A stretch of 64,000 bases of DNA from Ekhidna sp. GTDB lineage: Bacteria; Bacteroidota; Bacteroidia; Cytophagales; Cyclobacteriaceae. The stretch is taken from positions 974-64,973 of the forward strand of contig NZ_JAVJTR010000001.1 in NCBI RefSeq assembly GCF_040220215.1, in the 5' to 3' direction. Position numbers and translations under genes: made by a program. Under the pieces are notes generated by a model. The model saw only the letters and a program-made list of their open reading frames with translations. It did no database searches and was not told the DNA's origin. Shown one piece after another: positions 55,357 to 64,000 of the stretch (position 1 is its first letter; each line of letters begins with the position of its first letter).

Positions 55357-56256
55357 ATGAAAGTATTAATAACCGGAGCAAATGGACTATTAGGCCAGAA
55401 GTTGGTTCAGCTTTATGAAAGCGACGAAAGTGTCGATGTGATCGCCACCGCTCGAGGAGCGAGCAGAAATCCGTTTGGAACATATACTTATGAACAGATG
55501 GATGTTACTGTCAGGAGTGAAGTTGATAAAATCATCTCCAAGCATTCGCCTGATGTGGTGATCAACACAGCTGCCATGACACACGTGGATGAGTGTGAGC
55601 TAAATCCGGAAAAATGCTGGAAGCTAAATGTAGATGCCGTTTCAAACCTTATTGACGCTTGCCATAAGACCAACAGCTTTATCATTCACCTGTCTACCGA
55701 CTTCATCTTTGATGGAGAAAGCGGCCCGTATGTGGAAGAAGATTTGCCTAACCCGTTAAGCAAATATGCAGAGAGCAAGCTTGAATCTGAAAAGCTCCTT
55801 GAAGCAAGTGGTATAAAACATGCTATCGTTCGTACCATGCTTGTATATGGTATTGTACACGATATGAGCAGGTCCAACATCATCTTGTGGGTAAAGAAAA
55901 GCCTGGAGGAGAAGCAACTGATTAAAGTCGTGAATGACCAATGGCGCACACCAACACTGGCAGAAGACCTGGCAAAAGGATGTGCACTTATAGCACAAAA
56001 ACAAGCTGAAGGGGTTTGGCATATTTCAGGAAAGGATCTTCTTACACCCTACGATATGGCGATTGCCACCGCAGAATTTTTTGACCTGGACAAGGCGCTG
56101 ATTGAAAAGGCTGATGGATCTATTTTTACGCAACCGGCCAAACGTCCGCCCAAAACCGGATTTATTTTAGATAAAGCCAGGCGGGAATTAGGGTACGAAC
56201 CTGTTAGCTTTAAAGAAGGATTAGCCATTTTAAAGTCTCAATTAGCCCATGTATGA
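55357..56256 (+). CDS. rfbD: dTDP-4-dehydrorhamnose reductase-like SDR
   Basis: GANGLLG, NTAAMTHVD, STDFIFDG, YAESK, DQWRTPT, RPPKT. Confidence 0.8.
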   Translation: MKVLITGANGLLGQKLVQLYESDESVDVIATARGASRNPFGTYTYEQMDVTVRSEVDKIISKHSPDVVINTAAMTHVDECELNPEKCWKLNVDAVSNLIDACHKTNSFIIHLSTDFIFDGESGPYVEEDLPNPLSKYAESKLESEKLLEASGIKHAIVRTMLVYGIVHDMSRSNIILWVKKSLEEKQLIKVVNDQWRTPTLAEDLAKGCALIAQKQAEGVWHISGKDLLTPYDMAIATAEFFDLDKALIEKADGSIFTQPAKRPPKTGFILDKARRELGYEPVSFKEGLAILKSQLAHV

Positions 56257-57142
56257 TGTTGTTGTCCTAACCGATGCGCGCTATGTGAACCCCAAAAAGC
56301 GTAACCAGTACATTGATAATGTAATAGAGGAAGACCGCCTGGTGATGGAGGCATTGGAGAAGCTGGGGTTGAAAACTAAAAAAGTAGCCTGGTCAGATGC
56401 TTCATTTGATTGGACACAAACGAAAATTGCGTTGTTCCGCACCACATGGGATTATGCTGAAAAATTCACTGCATTCAGCGACTGGCTGATGGAGGTTTCG
56501 ATGGAATCCAAGCTGGTCAATGACTATGAAACTATCGTCTGGAACCTGGACAAGCACTACATGAACGACCTGAAAGATGCAGGTGTCAATGTGGTGGAAA
56601 CCTATTTCATAGAGCCTAGAGACACGAGAACCCTTCAGGAAATCCATGATGAGCTTGGATGGGAAAAGACGGTGCTAAAACCAGCCATTTCTGCGGCTGC
56701 CAAAGACACTTTCATGCTTTCACCCGAAACGATTGGTAATCTGGAAGAAAGATTCGCCTACCTGGTCAAGGATGAAACCATGATGCTTCAACCCTTTCAG
56801 GAAGACGTCTTGAAACGTGGTGAGCTTTCGCTCATGCTAATCGGAGAGACATATACCCATGCCGTACTGAAGGTAGCCAAGCCGGGCGATTTCCGAGTGC
56901 AGGATGATTTTGGCGGAACGGTAGCGGACTATAAGCCTACTCAAGCCGAAATAGATCTTGCGATTGCTGCTGTAAAAGCCTGCGAGAATACCCCACTCTA
57001 TGCACGAGTGGATATTGTCAATGACAACAACGGCAACCCTGCCGTTTCAGAGCTGGAGCTCGTAGAACCTGAGATGTGGTTTCGAAAGAATGCGAAAGCA
57101 GCAGAGATGCTAGCGGAGAAGGTGAAGGGATTGTTGGGTTGA
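56249..57142 (+). CDS. ATP-grasp ligase, RimK/DcsG-like
   Basis: FRTTWDY, DKHYM, VLKPAISAA, QPFQ, GDFRVQDDFGG, YARVD, ELELVEP. Confidence 0.82.
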   Translation: MYDVVVLTDARYVNPKKRNQYIDNVIEEDRLVMEALEKLGLKTKKVAWSDASFDWTQTKIALFRTTWDYAEKFTAFSDWLMEVSMESKLVNDYETIVWNLDKHYMNDLKDAGVNVVETYFIEPRDTRTLQEIHDELGWEKTVLKPAISAAAKDTFMLSPETIGNLEERFAYLVKDETMMLQPFQEDVLKRGELSLMLIGETYTHAVLKVAKPGDFRVQDDFGGTVADYKPTQAEIDLAIAAVKACENTPLYARVDIVNDNNGNPAVSELELVEPEMWFRKNAKAAEMLAEKVKGLLG

Positions 57143-57154
57143 ATATAGGTCACT

Positions 57155-57182
57155 CGTCTGACGGTTTGGAACCGTCTGACGC
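57155..57182. repeat. Satellite copy of the RAYT-flanking REP
   Basis: CGTCTGACGGTTTGGAACCGTCTGACGC, exact reverse complement of 45821-45848. Confidence 0.9.
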
Positions 57183-57227
57183 TGAATAGGTCAGGAGATA
57201 AGAAGCAGAGCTAGGGATCTTTTTGTA

Positions 57228-57319
57228 ACCGTCATCGCGAGTGCAACGAAGCGATCTTATAATCCAAAGGTTGCTTCGTCGTTCCCTGCCTTGCCGGCAG
57301 CCCTACTCGCAATGACGGT
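57228..57319. repeat. CGTC-tagged long palindromic element with nested hairpin
   Basis: Arms ACCGTCATCGCGAGT/ACTCGCAATGACGGT (14/15), inner ACGAAGCGATCT/AGGTTGCTTCGT, insert CTGCC-ttgcc-GGCAG. Confidence 0.8.
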
Positions 57320-57336
57320 AATATGGATACGGTAGC

Positions 57337-59355
57337 CTACCTGGCCACTACAATTTTCCGGGTTATGGTCTTCCCTCCGCTGTGGATGTTTAACAGATAA
57401 ACACCCTCCTGAAAACCTGCCAGTGATAGACTGGAACGTCCGTTTCTCATTTTCTTTCTCATCAATCGGTTTCCCTGAAGCGAGTAGATTTCCACCTCAT
57501 ACGCATTCCCGTCTTTACTATTGATTGTCAACCTATCATTCACTACCGTGGGGTATACCTCAAACGCAGAAAATTCACCTTCTGTAGCTGCTATGATAAG
57601 CTCCAGCGTTTGATAGGTAGTGTCGCTTGTACAGCCATTGATGGCTACCAGCATGATTTCATACACTCCTTCTCCCGAGTACTCATAAGCCGGAGCTTCC
57701 AAATCTGATTCGCCTCCATCTCCAAAAGACCATAAAAAGGAATCAGCATTTTCTGATTCGTTGGTAAACGTAATATCGGCCGAAAATCCGGTAAGTTCGA
57801 AGGTAAATGCTGCTCTGGGAGAATCCAGTACATGCAAAGTCATTGGGTTAGAAATGATTTCGGCAATTCCATTGGAGATCACGCATCGGTATTGATTTTC
57901 ATTTTGCGACAGCTCCAAAGTATGGGCGTGCATAGTATCCGTTGTGGTGTTTTGGTAACGTTCAAAATTGTCAATGTCCATGAAGCCGGCCCCCTCATCT
58001 ATTTGCCACTGGTATTCAATATTCTCACCTATGGCTGTGATCGGGATATCCACATGAGCACCCACACAAACGGTTACATCTTTTGGTTGATGCTCAATAA
58101 ATATGGACTGCATTTTCAACACGAACAGGCCATTGGTAATATCGCTCACCACGATATTTCCTGAAGGGAAATAGGGGTAATTACTCCAGGTTCCTACAAA
58201 ATCAGTTGCATTACTCGATACATAGGTGTCAAAGAAAGCAACCTCTTTCAGGCTGCCTTTGCTGATCCCAACCGTATCCAGTATTCTCAACCCATTCGAA
58301 TAGTTTGATTCATACACGTAATTATCTTTCACATATAAATTGTGGTCAATGGCTTTCGTTCCATGCTCATGATATCCCAGGAACTGAGGGTTATCCAAAT
58401 CCTGAACATCCCAAATGAGCGTTCTTGAATTCCTATTGAAGCTCAATTCATCCAGTTCATCGTTGGAAAGGAAGTATTTATGATCTTCTGTCAACCAACC
58501 CTGATGGGCATAGGTGGATTCTTCATAATCTGCTTCATAAATTAAAGTTGGAGACCCCTTGCTGGTCACATCCACAATGGTTATGGTATTGGGTCCTCCC
58601 TGATTTCCATTGGAATTAAAGCAGATTTCCTTACCAACGTGATCTTCATCCGGACCCTGGTAAATGACACATTGCGTATCGTGGATATATCCTTCATCGT
58701 CATAGCAGCCGGCATATTCAGGTGCAATCGGATTGGATAAATCGATCATGTGCAATCCTCCAATGGAACAAGTGCTTCCATCATTGGCATTGAAACCCAC
58801 CGCATAAGCGAAACCTGTTTCTTCATTGATTGCCAGGTTGTGCGCTTTCCCAATACCTGCGTAGTGTCCGGCTTCACTGAATTGATTTTCTTTCGATGGG
58901 TTAACCACATCCCTAAGGTCTCTCAGATCAAATACCTGCAGCCCATGGCCCGGATCTTCACTGACAATGTAGGCATGGTTTTGATACACTTTGATGTCTC
59001 TCCAAACAGATTTGGCGCCATCATGCAAAGGCTGGTTGGATGAGTTGTTTTGAGAATTGTGCTCAATAAGTACACCCATTACCACAGGGTTTACAGGGTC
59101 TGTAATATCTACGAAGGAAGTGCCGTTGGTCATGCCTACCAGTGCATATTCCTTGCTGGTTTCCGGGTCAACCCACCCCCAAATATCATTGACCCACCTT
59201 CCGTTCAGTTCTTCAGCCCCCAGATCCGTCGCAGAGATACGTGCCTGGAGATCCAGGCCTAAACAATCATAATTTCCCGCTTTGCCATCTTCGCAAGGAG
59301 TTTGGGCAAATAGATTGACTGTGAGCAAGATGAATGGGAAAAGTAGCTTTTTCAT
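57337..59355 (-). CDS. Choice-of-anchor B (LVIVD-repeat) protein with Ig/PKD domains and T9SS C-terminal signal
   Basis: NDIWGW, WRDIKVY, AHNLAIN, HDTQC, HQGWLTED, IDHNLYV, WSNYPYF; PKD WSFGDG; CTD VYP...GVYLL...TRKIVV. Confidence 0.9.
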   Translation of the reverse strand: MKKLLFPFILLTVNLFAQTPCEDGKAGNYDCLGLDLQARISATDLGAEELNGRWVNDIWGWVDPETSKEYALVGMTNGTSFVDITDPVNPVVMGVLIEHNSQNNSSNQPLHDGAKSVWRDIKVYQNHAYIVSEDPGHGLQVFDLRDLRDVVNPSKENQFSEAGHYAGIGKAHNLAINEETGFAYAVGFNANDGSTCSIGGLHMIDLSNPIAPEYAGCYDDEGYIHDTQCVIYQGPDEDHVGKEICFNSNGNQGGPNTITIVDVTSKGSPTLIYEADYEESTYAHQGWLTEDHKYFLSNDELDELSFNRNSRTLIWDVQDLDNPQFLGYHEHGTKAIDHNLYVKDNYVYESNYSNGLRILDTVGISKGSLKEVAFFDTYVSSNATDFVGTWSNYPYFPSGNIVVSDITNGLFVLKMQSIFIEHQPKDVTVCVGAHVDIPITAIGENIEYQWQIDEGAGFMDIDNFERYQNTTTDTMHAHTLELSQNENQYRCVISNGIAEIISNPMTLHVLDSPRAAFTFELTGFSADITFTNESENADSFLWSFGDGGESDLEAPAYEYSGEGVYEIMLVAINGCTSDTTYQTLELIIAATEGEFSAFEVYPTVVNDRLTINSKDGNAYEVEIYSLQGNRLMRKKMRNGRSSLSLAGFQEGVYLLNIHSGGKTITRKIVVAR

Positions 59356-59408
59356 CCTTCGAATTTAGGAAGAAACGGTTTATCATTTGATCTGGAACGT
59401 CGTATTTA

Positions 59409-59434
59409 AGATGCTGAAATAAATTCAGCATGAC
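59409..59434. repeat. REP-like hairpin (right-half type)
   Basis: AG-ATGCTGAA-ataaa-TTCAGCAT-GAC. Confidence 0.7.
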
Positions 59435-59467
59435 TTTCTGATTTAAATTGAATCTCTTTCTACTTGA

Positions 59468-59491
59468 GTCACCCTGAACTTGTTTTAGGGT
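59468..59491. repeat. REP-like hairpin (left-half type)
   Basis: GTC-ACCCTGAA-cttgt-TTTAGGGT. Confidence 0.65.
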
Positions 59492-59530
59492 ATTTTAAGA
59501 TAAAGATATTTCAAACTCAAAACCTCTAAC

Positions 59531-59582
59531 AGATTCCCATGACTCGGATTTCCTATGGTCATCCTACCAAAGGGGAATACGG
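59531..59582 (+). repeat. AGATTCCC...GGGAATACGG repeat, copy 2
   Basis: Same termini as 34636-34680. Confidence 0.7.
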
Positions 59583-59596
59583 ATTGGGGCAGGCTA

Positions 59597-62416
59597 TTAT
59601 TGGCTAAGCTCTTCTTTCAGGAATTTGGCCGTGTAGCTGCCATCTACTTTCACGATCTCTTCCGGCGTGCCCTGGGCAACAATTTGTCCACCAGCAAAAC
59701 CTCCCTCCGGACCCAAATCGATGATATGATCCGCTACTTTGATGACATCCATGTTGTGCTCTATGATCAGTACGGTATTTCCTTTATTCACCAACTTCTG
59801 AAGTACATCCAGTAAATGTTCTATATCCTGAAAGTGGAGTCCGGTTGTAGGTTCATCGAGGATATAAAAAGTCTTTCCGGTATCTTTTTTAGAGAGTTCG
59901 GTGGCCAGTTTTACCCTCTGTGCCTCACCTCCAGAGAGGGTTGTGGCATGCTGACCAAGAGAAATGTAGCCCAAACCTACTTCGTCTAGTGTCTTTAGCT
60001 TCCTTATAATTCGTGGTTGTTTCTCGAAGAACTCTACAGATTGTGATACGGTCATGTCCAGCACATCCGAGATTGATTTTCCTTTGAACCGCACCTCAAG
60101 GGTTTCGCGGTTATACCGTTTTCCTTTGCATGTTTCGCATGGCACATGCACGTCAGGTAAGAAATCCATCTCAATGAGCCGCATACCTCCACCGCCACAG
60201 GTTTCGCATCTCCCACCTTTTACATTGAATGAAAAACGGCCTGGTTTGTAGCCCCGTATCTTGGCTTCCGGAAGCTGAGCAAACAAGCTTCTGATTTCTG
60301 AAAACACCCCTGTATAAGTAGCCGGATTGGAGCGTGGAGTCCTCCCGATCGGTGACTGATCTACTTCGATAATTTTATCGAATTGATCAACTCCTTCAAT
60401 CTTTTTGAATGGCAATGGTTCTTGCCTACTCTTGTATAAATGCTTTCTGATGATCGGATAAAGCGTCTCATGAATGAGCGTGGACTTTCCACTACCGGAA
60501 ACGCCAGTTACCAAAATGAGGTTACCCAATGGAAGTTTAAGATCAACATTTTTTAAGTTGTGACCAGTTGCTCCATACAGTTCCAGCCACTTGCCGTTCG
60601 TGCTTCGTCTTTGGGCAGGCACTTTTATCTTTCGCTTGCCATTCAGGTAGTCAGCTGTTGAGCTCCCAAGCTTTAGAAATTCCTGGGGTGATCCTTTTGC
60701 CACGATTTGTCCGCCATGTCTTCCTGCTCCTGGACCAATGTCCACCACTTCATCGGACTGCATCATCATGTCTTTGTCATGCTCTACTACAATGACCGTG
60801 TTCCCAAGGTCACGCAGATCCTTTAGTGCCTGGATCAACTTCACATTATCTCGTTGATGCAAGCCGATGCTTGGCTCATCTAAAATGTATAGTACATTGA
60901 CCAATTGTGTACCAATCTGGGTTGCCAACCTGATACGTTGCGCTTCACCTCCTGATAAAGTTTTTAGCGGCCTGTTTAGACTGAGGTAATCAAGTCCGAC
61001 ATCCAGCAAAAACCCAATTCGCTTGCGTAGTTCTTTCAGGATTTCCGTGGCGATAACCAACTGTCTCTCACCCAGCCTTTCCTCCAGATTTTCCATCCAC
61101 CTTCCAAGCGACTGAATATCCATTTCAGCCAACTCTCCAATGTGCCTATCAGCGATTTTATAATGCAACGCTTCCTTCTTCAGCCGATACCCGTTACACG
61201 TAGGACAGGTTCTGATGTCCGTAAACTCTTTGACCCAAGCCTGAATCTTTTCAGAACCACCATCTTTCTGTTTCTCCAGAAAGTTGATAATGCCCTCAAA
61301 TTTGGTATGCCAATCTGTGCCCGGATATTTAACAGAACTAACCGCCACCGGAACACTATCCCCATAAAGCAGCACATCAATAATCTCAGTGGGGATCTTC
61401 TTTATTGGGGTAGATAAATTGACTTTATTCCGTTTCAGAATAGCATCAATTTTCTTGAAAATCCAGATGTCCCGATATTCCCCAAGTGGTGCTATTCCTC
61501 CACGGCTGATACTGAGTGATGGGTCTGGTATCACAGACTCTTTGGAGATTTCCTCTATTTGACCAAGTCCATTACATTCCTGGCAGGCACCATAGGGCGA
61601 GTTAAAGGAGAATGTATTTGGAGCAGGCTCATCATACGCCAACCCCGTCTCCGGGTCCATGAGATTTTTAGAGAAGTGAGAAATTGTTCCATCTTCTTTC
61701 TGGATCATCATCACGCCATCTCCATGTCGCAGTGACATATTCACAGAGTCACGAATGCGCTTTTTATCTTTTTCGGAAACCTTGATCCTGTCGGTGACGA
61801 TTTCAATGTCATGGGTTTTGTACCTGTCGACCTGCATTTTGGGTACCAGGTCCTGGATTTCTCCGTTGACCCTCACTTTAGTGAAACCCAGCTTTCGAAC
61901 CTGAACAAATAATTCTCGATAATGCCCTTTCCTACCTTTCACTACAGGTGCCAGCAAAACGAGTTTCTGACCATCATAATTTTTCAGGATCATTTCAATG
62001 ATCTGATCCTCCGACTGGCGAGTCATTTTATTCCCGGACAGGTAAGAGTACGCTTCTCCTGCGCGGGCGTATAAGAGACGGAAGAAATCATAAATCTCTG
62101 TAACTGTACCAACCGTGGATCGTGGATTTCGAGAGGTCGTTTTTTGCTCAATGGAAATAACCGGGCTCAGTCCTTCGATCTTATCTACATCGGGGCGTTC
62201 CATGTCTCCAATGAAGGATCTGGCATAGGCACTGAAGCTCTCCATGTACCGACGCTGACCTTCCGCATAGATCGTATCGAAAGCAAGCGAAGACTTTCCA
62301 CTACCACTAATTCCTGTGATGGTGATTAGCTTGTTTCTGGGCAGGGTGACATCAATATTTTTGAGATTGTGCTCCCTGGCTCCAATTACTTCGATTACTT
62401 CCGCTCTTTTCTTCAC
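59597..62416 (-). CDS. uvrA: Excinuclease ABC subunit A
   Basis: Two ABC cassettes (GISGSGKSS, GVSGSGKST), LSGGEAQR twice, zinc fingers. Confidence 0.99.
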   Translation of the reverse strand: MKKRAEVIEVIGAREHNLKNIDVTLPRNKLITITGISGSGKSSLAFDTIYAEGQRRYMESFSAYARSFIGDMERPDVDKIEGLSPVISIEQKTTSRNPRSTVGTVTEIYDFFRLLYARAGEAYSYLSGNKMTRQSEDQIIEMILKNYDGQKLVLLAPVVKGRKGHYRELFVQVRKLGFTKVRVNGEIQDLVPKMQVDRYKTHDIEIVTDRIKVSEKDKKRIRDSVNMSLRHGDGVMMIQKEDGTISHFSKNLMDPETGLAYDEPAPNTFSFNSPYGACQECNGLGQIEEISKESVIPDPSLSISRGGIAPLGEYRDIWIFKKIDAILKRNKVNLSTPIKKIPTEIIDVLLYGDSVPVAVSSVKYPGTDWHTKFEGIINFLEKQKDGGSEKIQAWVKEFTDIRTCPTCNGYRLKKEALHYKIADRHIGELAEMDIQSLGRWMENLEERLGERQLVIATEILKELRKRIGFLLDVGLDYLSLNRPLKTLSGGEAQRIRLATQIGTQLVNVLYILDEPSIGLHQRDNVKLIQALKDLRDLGNTVIVVEHDKDMMMQSDEVVDIGPGAGRHGGQIVAKGSPQEFLKLGSSTADYLNGKRKIKVPAQRRSTNGKWLELYGATGHNLKNVDLKLPLGNLILVTGVSGSGKSTLIHETLYPIIRKHLYKSRQEPLPFKKIEGVDQFDKIIEVDQSPIGRTPRSNPATYTGVFSEIRSLFAQLPEAKIRGYKPGRFSFNVKGGRCETCGGGGMRLIEMDFLPDVHVPCETCKGKRYNRETLEVRFKGKSISDVLDMTVSQSVEFFEKQPRIIRKLKTLDEVGLGYISLGQHATTLSGGEAQRVKLATELSKKDTGKTFYILDEPTTGLHFQDIEHLLDVLQKLVNKGNTVLIIEHNMDVIKVADHIIDLGPEGGFAGGQIVAQGTPEEIVKVDGSYTAKFLKEELSQ

Positions 62417-62432
62417 TTTTCGGTTCCCTGAA

Positions 62433-63164
62433 TTAGAAGTTCGGGCTCAGGTTGTATTTACTGTAGAATTCGTCAATTACTTCTACTGCTTCGGTGGCGG
62501 TATCCACTACGTTGAAAAGATCCATGTCTGTCGGGCTGATGTTTCCTTCCATCTCCAGCAAAGTGTCTTTAAGCCAATCTACCAGACCAGACCAGTAATC
62601 CTTGCCTACCAAAACGATTGGGAAGCGGCCTATTTTTTTCGTTTGGATCAAGGTCAATGCTTCGAAGAGTTCATCCATTGTACCAAAACCTCCGGGCAAT
62701 ACAATAAAGCCCTGAGAATACTTTACGAACATGACTTTACGAACAAAGAAGTAATCAAAATCAATACTCTTATCCCTGTCTATGTAGATATTGTTGTTCT
62801 GTTCAAATGGTAGATCTATGTTCAAGCCAACAGATTTTCCACCCTGTGCATTCGCACCTTTGTTACCTGCTTCCATGATACCGGGTCCACCACCGGTGAT
62901 GACTCCATATCCGTGGCGCACTACTTTGGCAGCAATCTCCTCAGCTATTTTGTAGTATTTATTGTCCGGCTTGGTACGTGCAGAACCGAAAATAGAAACG
63001 CAGGGGCCAATCTTAGCCATTTTTTCAAAGCCCTGAACAAACTCTCCCATCACTTTGAAAATCACCCAGGAGTCGGCACTTTTTATTTCATTCCAGTCTT
63101 TTTCTTTGAAGGCCTCAAGTATCCGTGCTTCCTCCTCTTTACTAATCTGTTTCTTTTCTTCCAT
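62433..63164 (-). CDS. LOG-family (TIGR00730) nucleotide phosphoribohydrolase
   Basis: SIFGSART, ITGGGPGIME, FFVRKVMF, PGGFGTMDE. Confidence 0.92.
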   Translation of the reverse strand: MEEKKQISKEEEARILEAFKEKDWNEIKSADSWVIFKVMGEFVQGFEKMAKIGPCVSIFGSARTKPDNKYYKIAEEIAAKVVRHGYGVITGGGPGIMEAGNKGANAQGGKSVGLNIDLPFEQNNNIYIDRDKSIDFDYFFVRKVMFVKYSQGFIVLPGGFGTMDELFEALTLIQTKKIGRFPIVLVGKDYWSGLVDWLKDTLLEMEGNISPTDMDLFNVVDTATEAVEVIDEFYSKYNLSPNF

Positions 63165-63167
63165 TGT

Positions 63168-64000
63168 CTATTGCAGTAAGTCTTGCAGCGCATCGTCTAA
63201 CGCTACAAATTGAAAATTAAATCCCGCGTCCTCAATCTTTTTGCTGGACACGCGATTGCCACCGACTAATATATCTGACATTTCGCCTACAATCAATCGA
63301 AGCGCAAATTTAGGAACATTCGGTAGCCAAAGAGGCTTGTTCAGCTGATTTGCAACAGATTTAGTGAATTCCTTATTTGTTTTAGGTGAAGGTGCCACTC
63401 CATTGAATATTCCTTCCAGCCTATTTTCCAAAACATGAGCAAAGATTCCGCAGAGGTCATTGAGATGAATCCAGCTCATGTGCTGGTTTCCTGAAGCTAA
63501 AGGGGCACCCACCCAGAATTTGATTGGTTTTGCCATCTCGACCAGTGCACCACCCTTCTCACTTAGAACGATCCCGATTCGAACCATCGCAGTAGGTACA
63601 TTGATAGTTTCAAAAGTGCTTGCCTCTTTCTCCCAGTCTATGACCACATCAGCAAGGAAACCATCTCCACTAGCAGAATTTTCATCAACCAACTTTTCCC
63701 CGGAATCCCAGCCATAATATCCAATGGCTGATGCTGAAATGAAATGCTTCAATTTCGGATTGAGTACAGCAACTTTTTCTTTTAAAAGTTTAGTTGAATG
63801 AATACGGCTATTATAAATCTCTTTCTTCCACTCGTTTGACCAGCGCCTATCTGAAACACCTGCTCCTGCCAGATGAATGATCGCATCTGCTGATGTGATT
63901 GCTTCATCTTCAATTTCGCCCTTTTTCACATCCCAATAGAATGTCTGGTAATGTTTTTGCGTTGGGTTTCGTGACAGGTGGGTAACCTTGTAGCCTTTGG
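63168..64000 (-). CDS. TIGR01777-family NAD(P)-dependent epimerase-like protein, N-terminus beyond the right edge
   Basis: Frame is open to base 64000; IHLAGAGV, SASAIGYYG, RIGIVL, SWIHLND. Confidence 0.9.
   Translation of the reverse strand, partial: KGYKVTHLSRNPTQKHYQTFYWDVKKGEIEDEAITSADAIIHLAGAGVSDRRWSNEWKKEIYNSRIHSTKLLKEKVAVLNPKLKHFISASAIGYYGWDSGEKLVDENSASGDGFLADVVIDWEKEASTFETINVPTAMVRIGIVLSEKGGALVEMAKPIKFWVGAPLASGNQHMSWIHLNDLCGIFAHVLENRLEGIFNGVAPSPKTNKEFTKSVANQLNKPLWLPNVPKFALRLIVGEMSDILVGGNRVSSKKIEDAGFNFQFVALDDALQDLLQ

Noticed and set aside
59555-59815. Antisense and alternative-frame ORFs over conserved genes (for example 59555-59815, 62316-62813, 54131-54493, 10058-10402, 14799-range shadows, 677-1033)
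   Set aside because: They fully overlap well-supported core genes, lack recognisable motifs, and are expected codon-bias shadows
62417-62432. SOS box upstream of uvrA or uvrC
   Set aside because: Both genes are operon-internal and no convincing palindrome is visible

Overview
This is a gene-dense chromosomal window from a Bacteroidota genome, most likely Cytophagales. The evidence is T9SS/gliding genes, a split atp operon lacking atpDC, TAnnTTTG promoter boxes and type B L31; GC is roughly 40% by eye. Most of it is core genome: asd, atpBEFHAG, porW/sprE, PBP1A, uvrC, porP-gldKLMN, hemD/hemW/hemC, tpx, ygfA, comM, rpmE2, a glmU-like gene, holB and uvrA. I found no rRNA, tRNA, CRISPR array, integrase or prophage. 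The most interesting signals lie outside the core genes. (1) An intact RAYT/TnpA-REP HUH nuclease is bracketed by inverted copies of a CGTC-tagged palindrome. A perfect satellite copy sits 11 kb away, and several other CGTC-type palindrome families form mosaics in intergenic spaces. (2) Four GT-N12-AC operator-like sites with an exact 21-bp period lie in front of a membrane protein/XRE/HMA-like cassette that is translationally coupled to ygfA and tpx. (3) A FISUMP-domain gene sits inside the apparent gldKLMN transcript. (4) An ECF sigma/anti-sigma/DUF4097/two beta-barrel module has an autoregulatory-type promoter whose motif recurs before an orphan secreted protein 29 kb away. (5) A UbiA-like/methyltransferase pair is fused to the tail of the ATP synthase operon. 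(6) There is also a lipoprotein with a non-canonical metzincin motif, and a PIN toxin-antitoxin pair with a tandem-repeat operator. All family calls come from motif recognition by eye; no database searches were run. Several start codons were refined relative to the ORF track.
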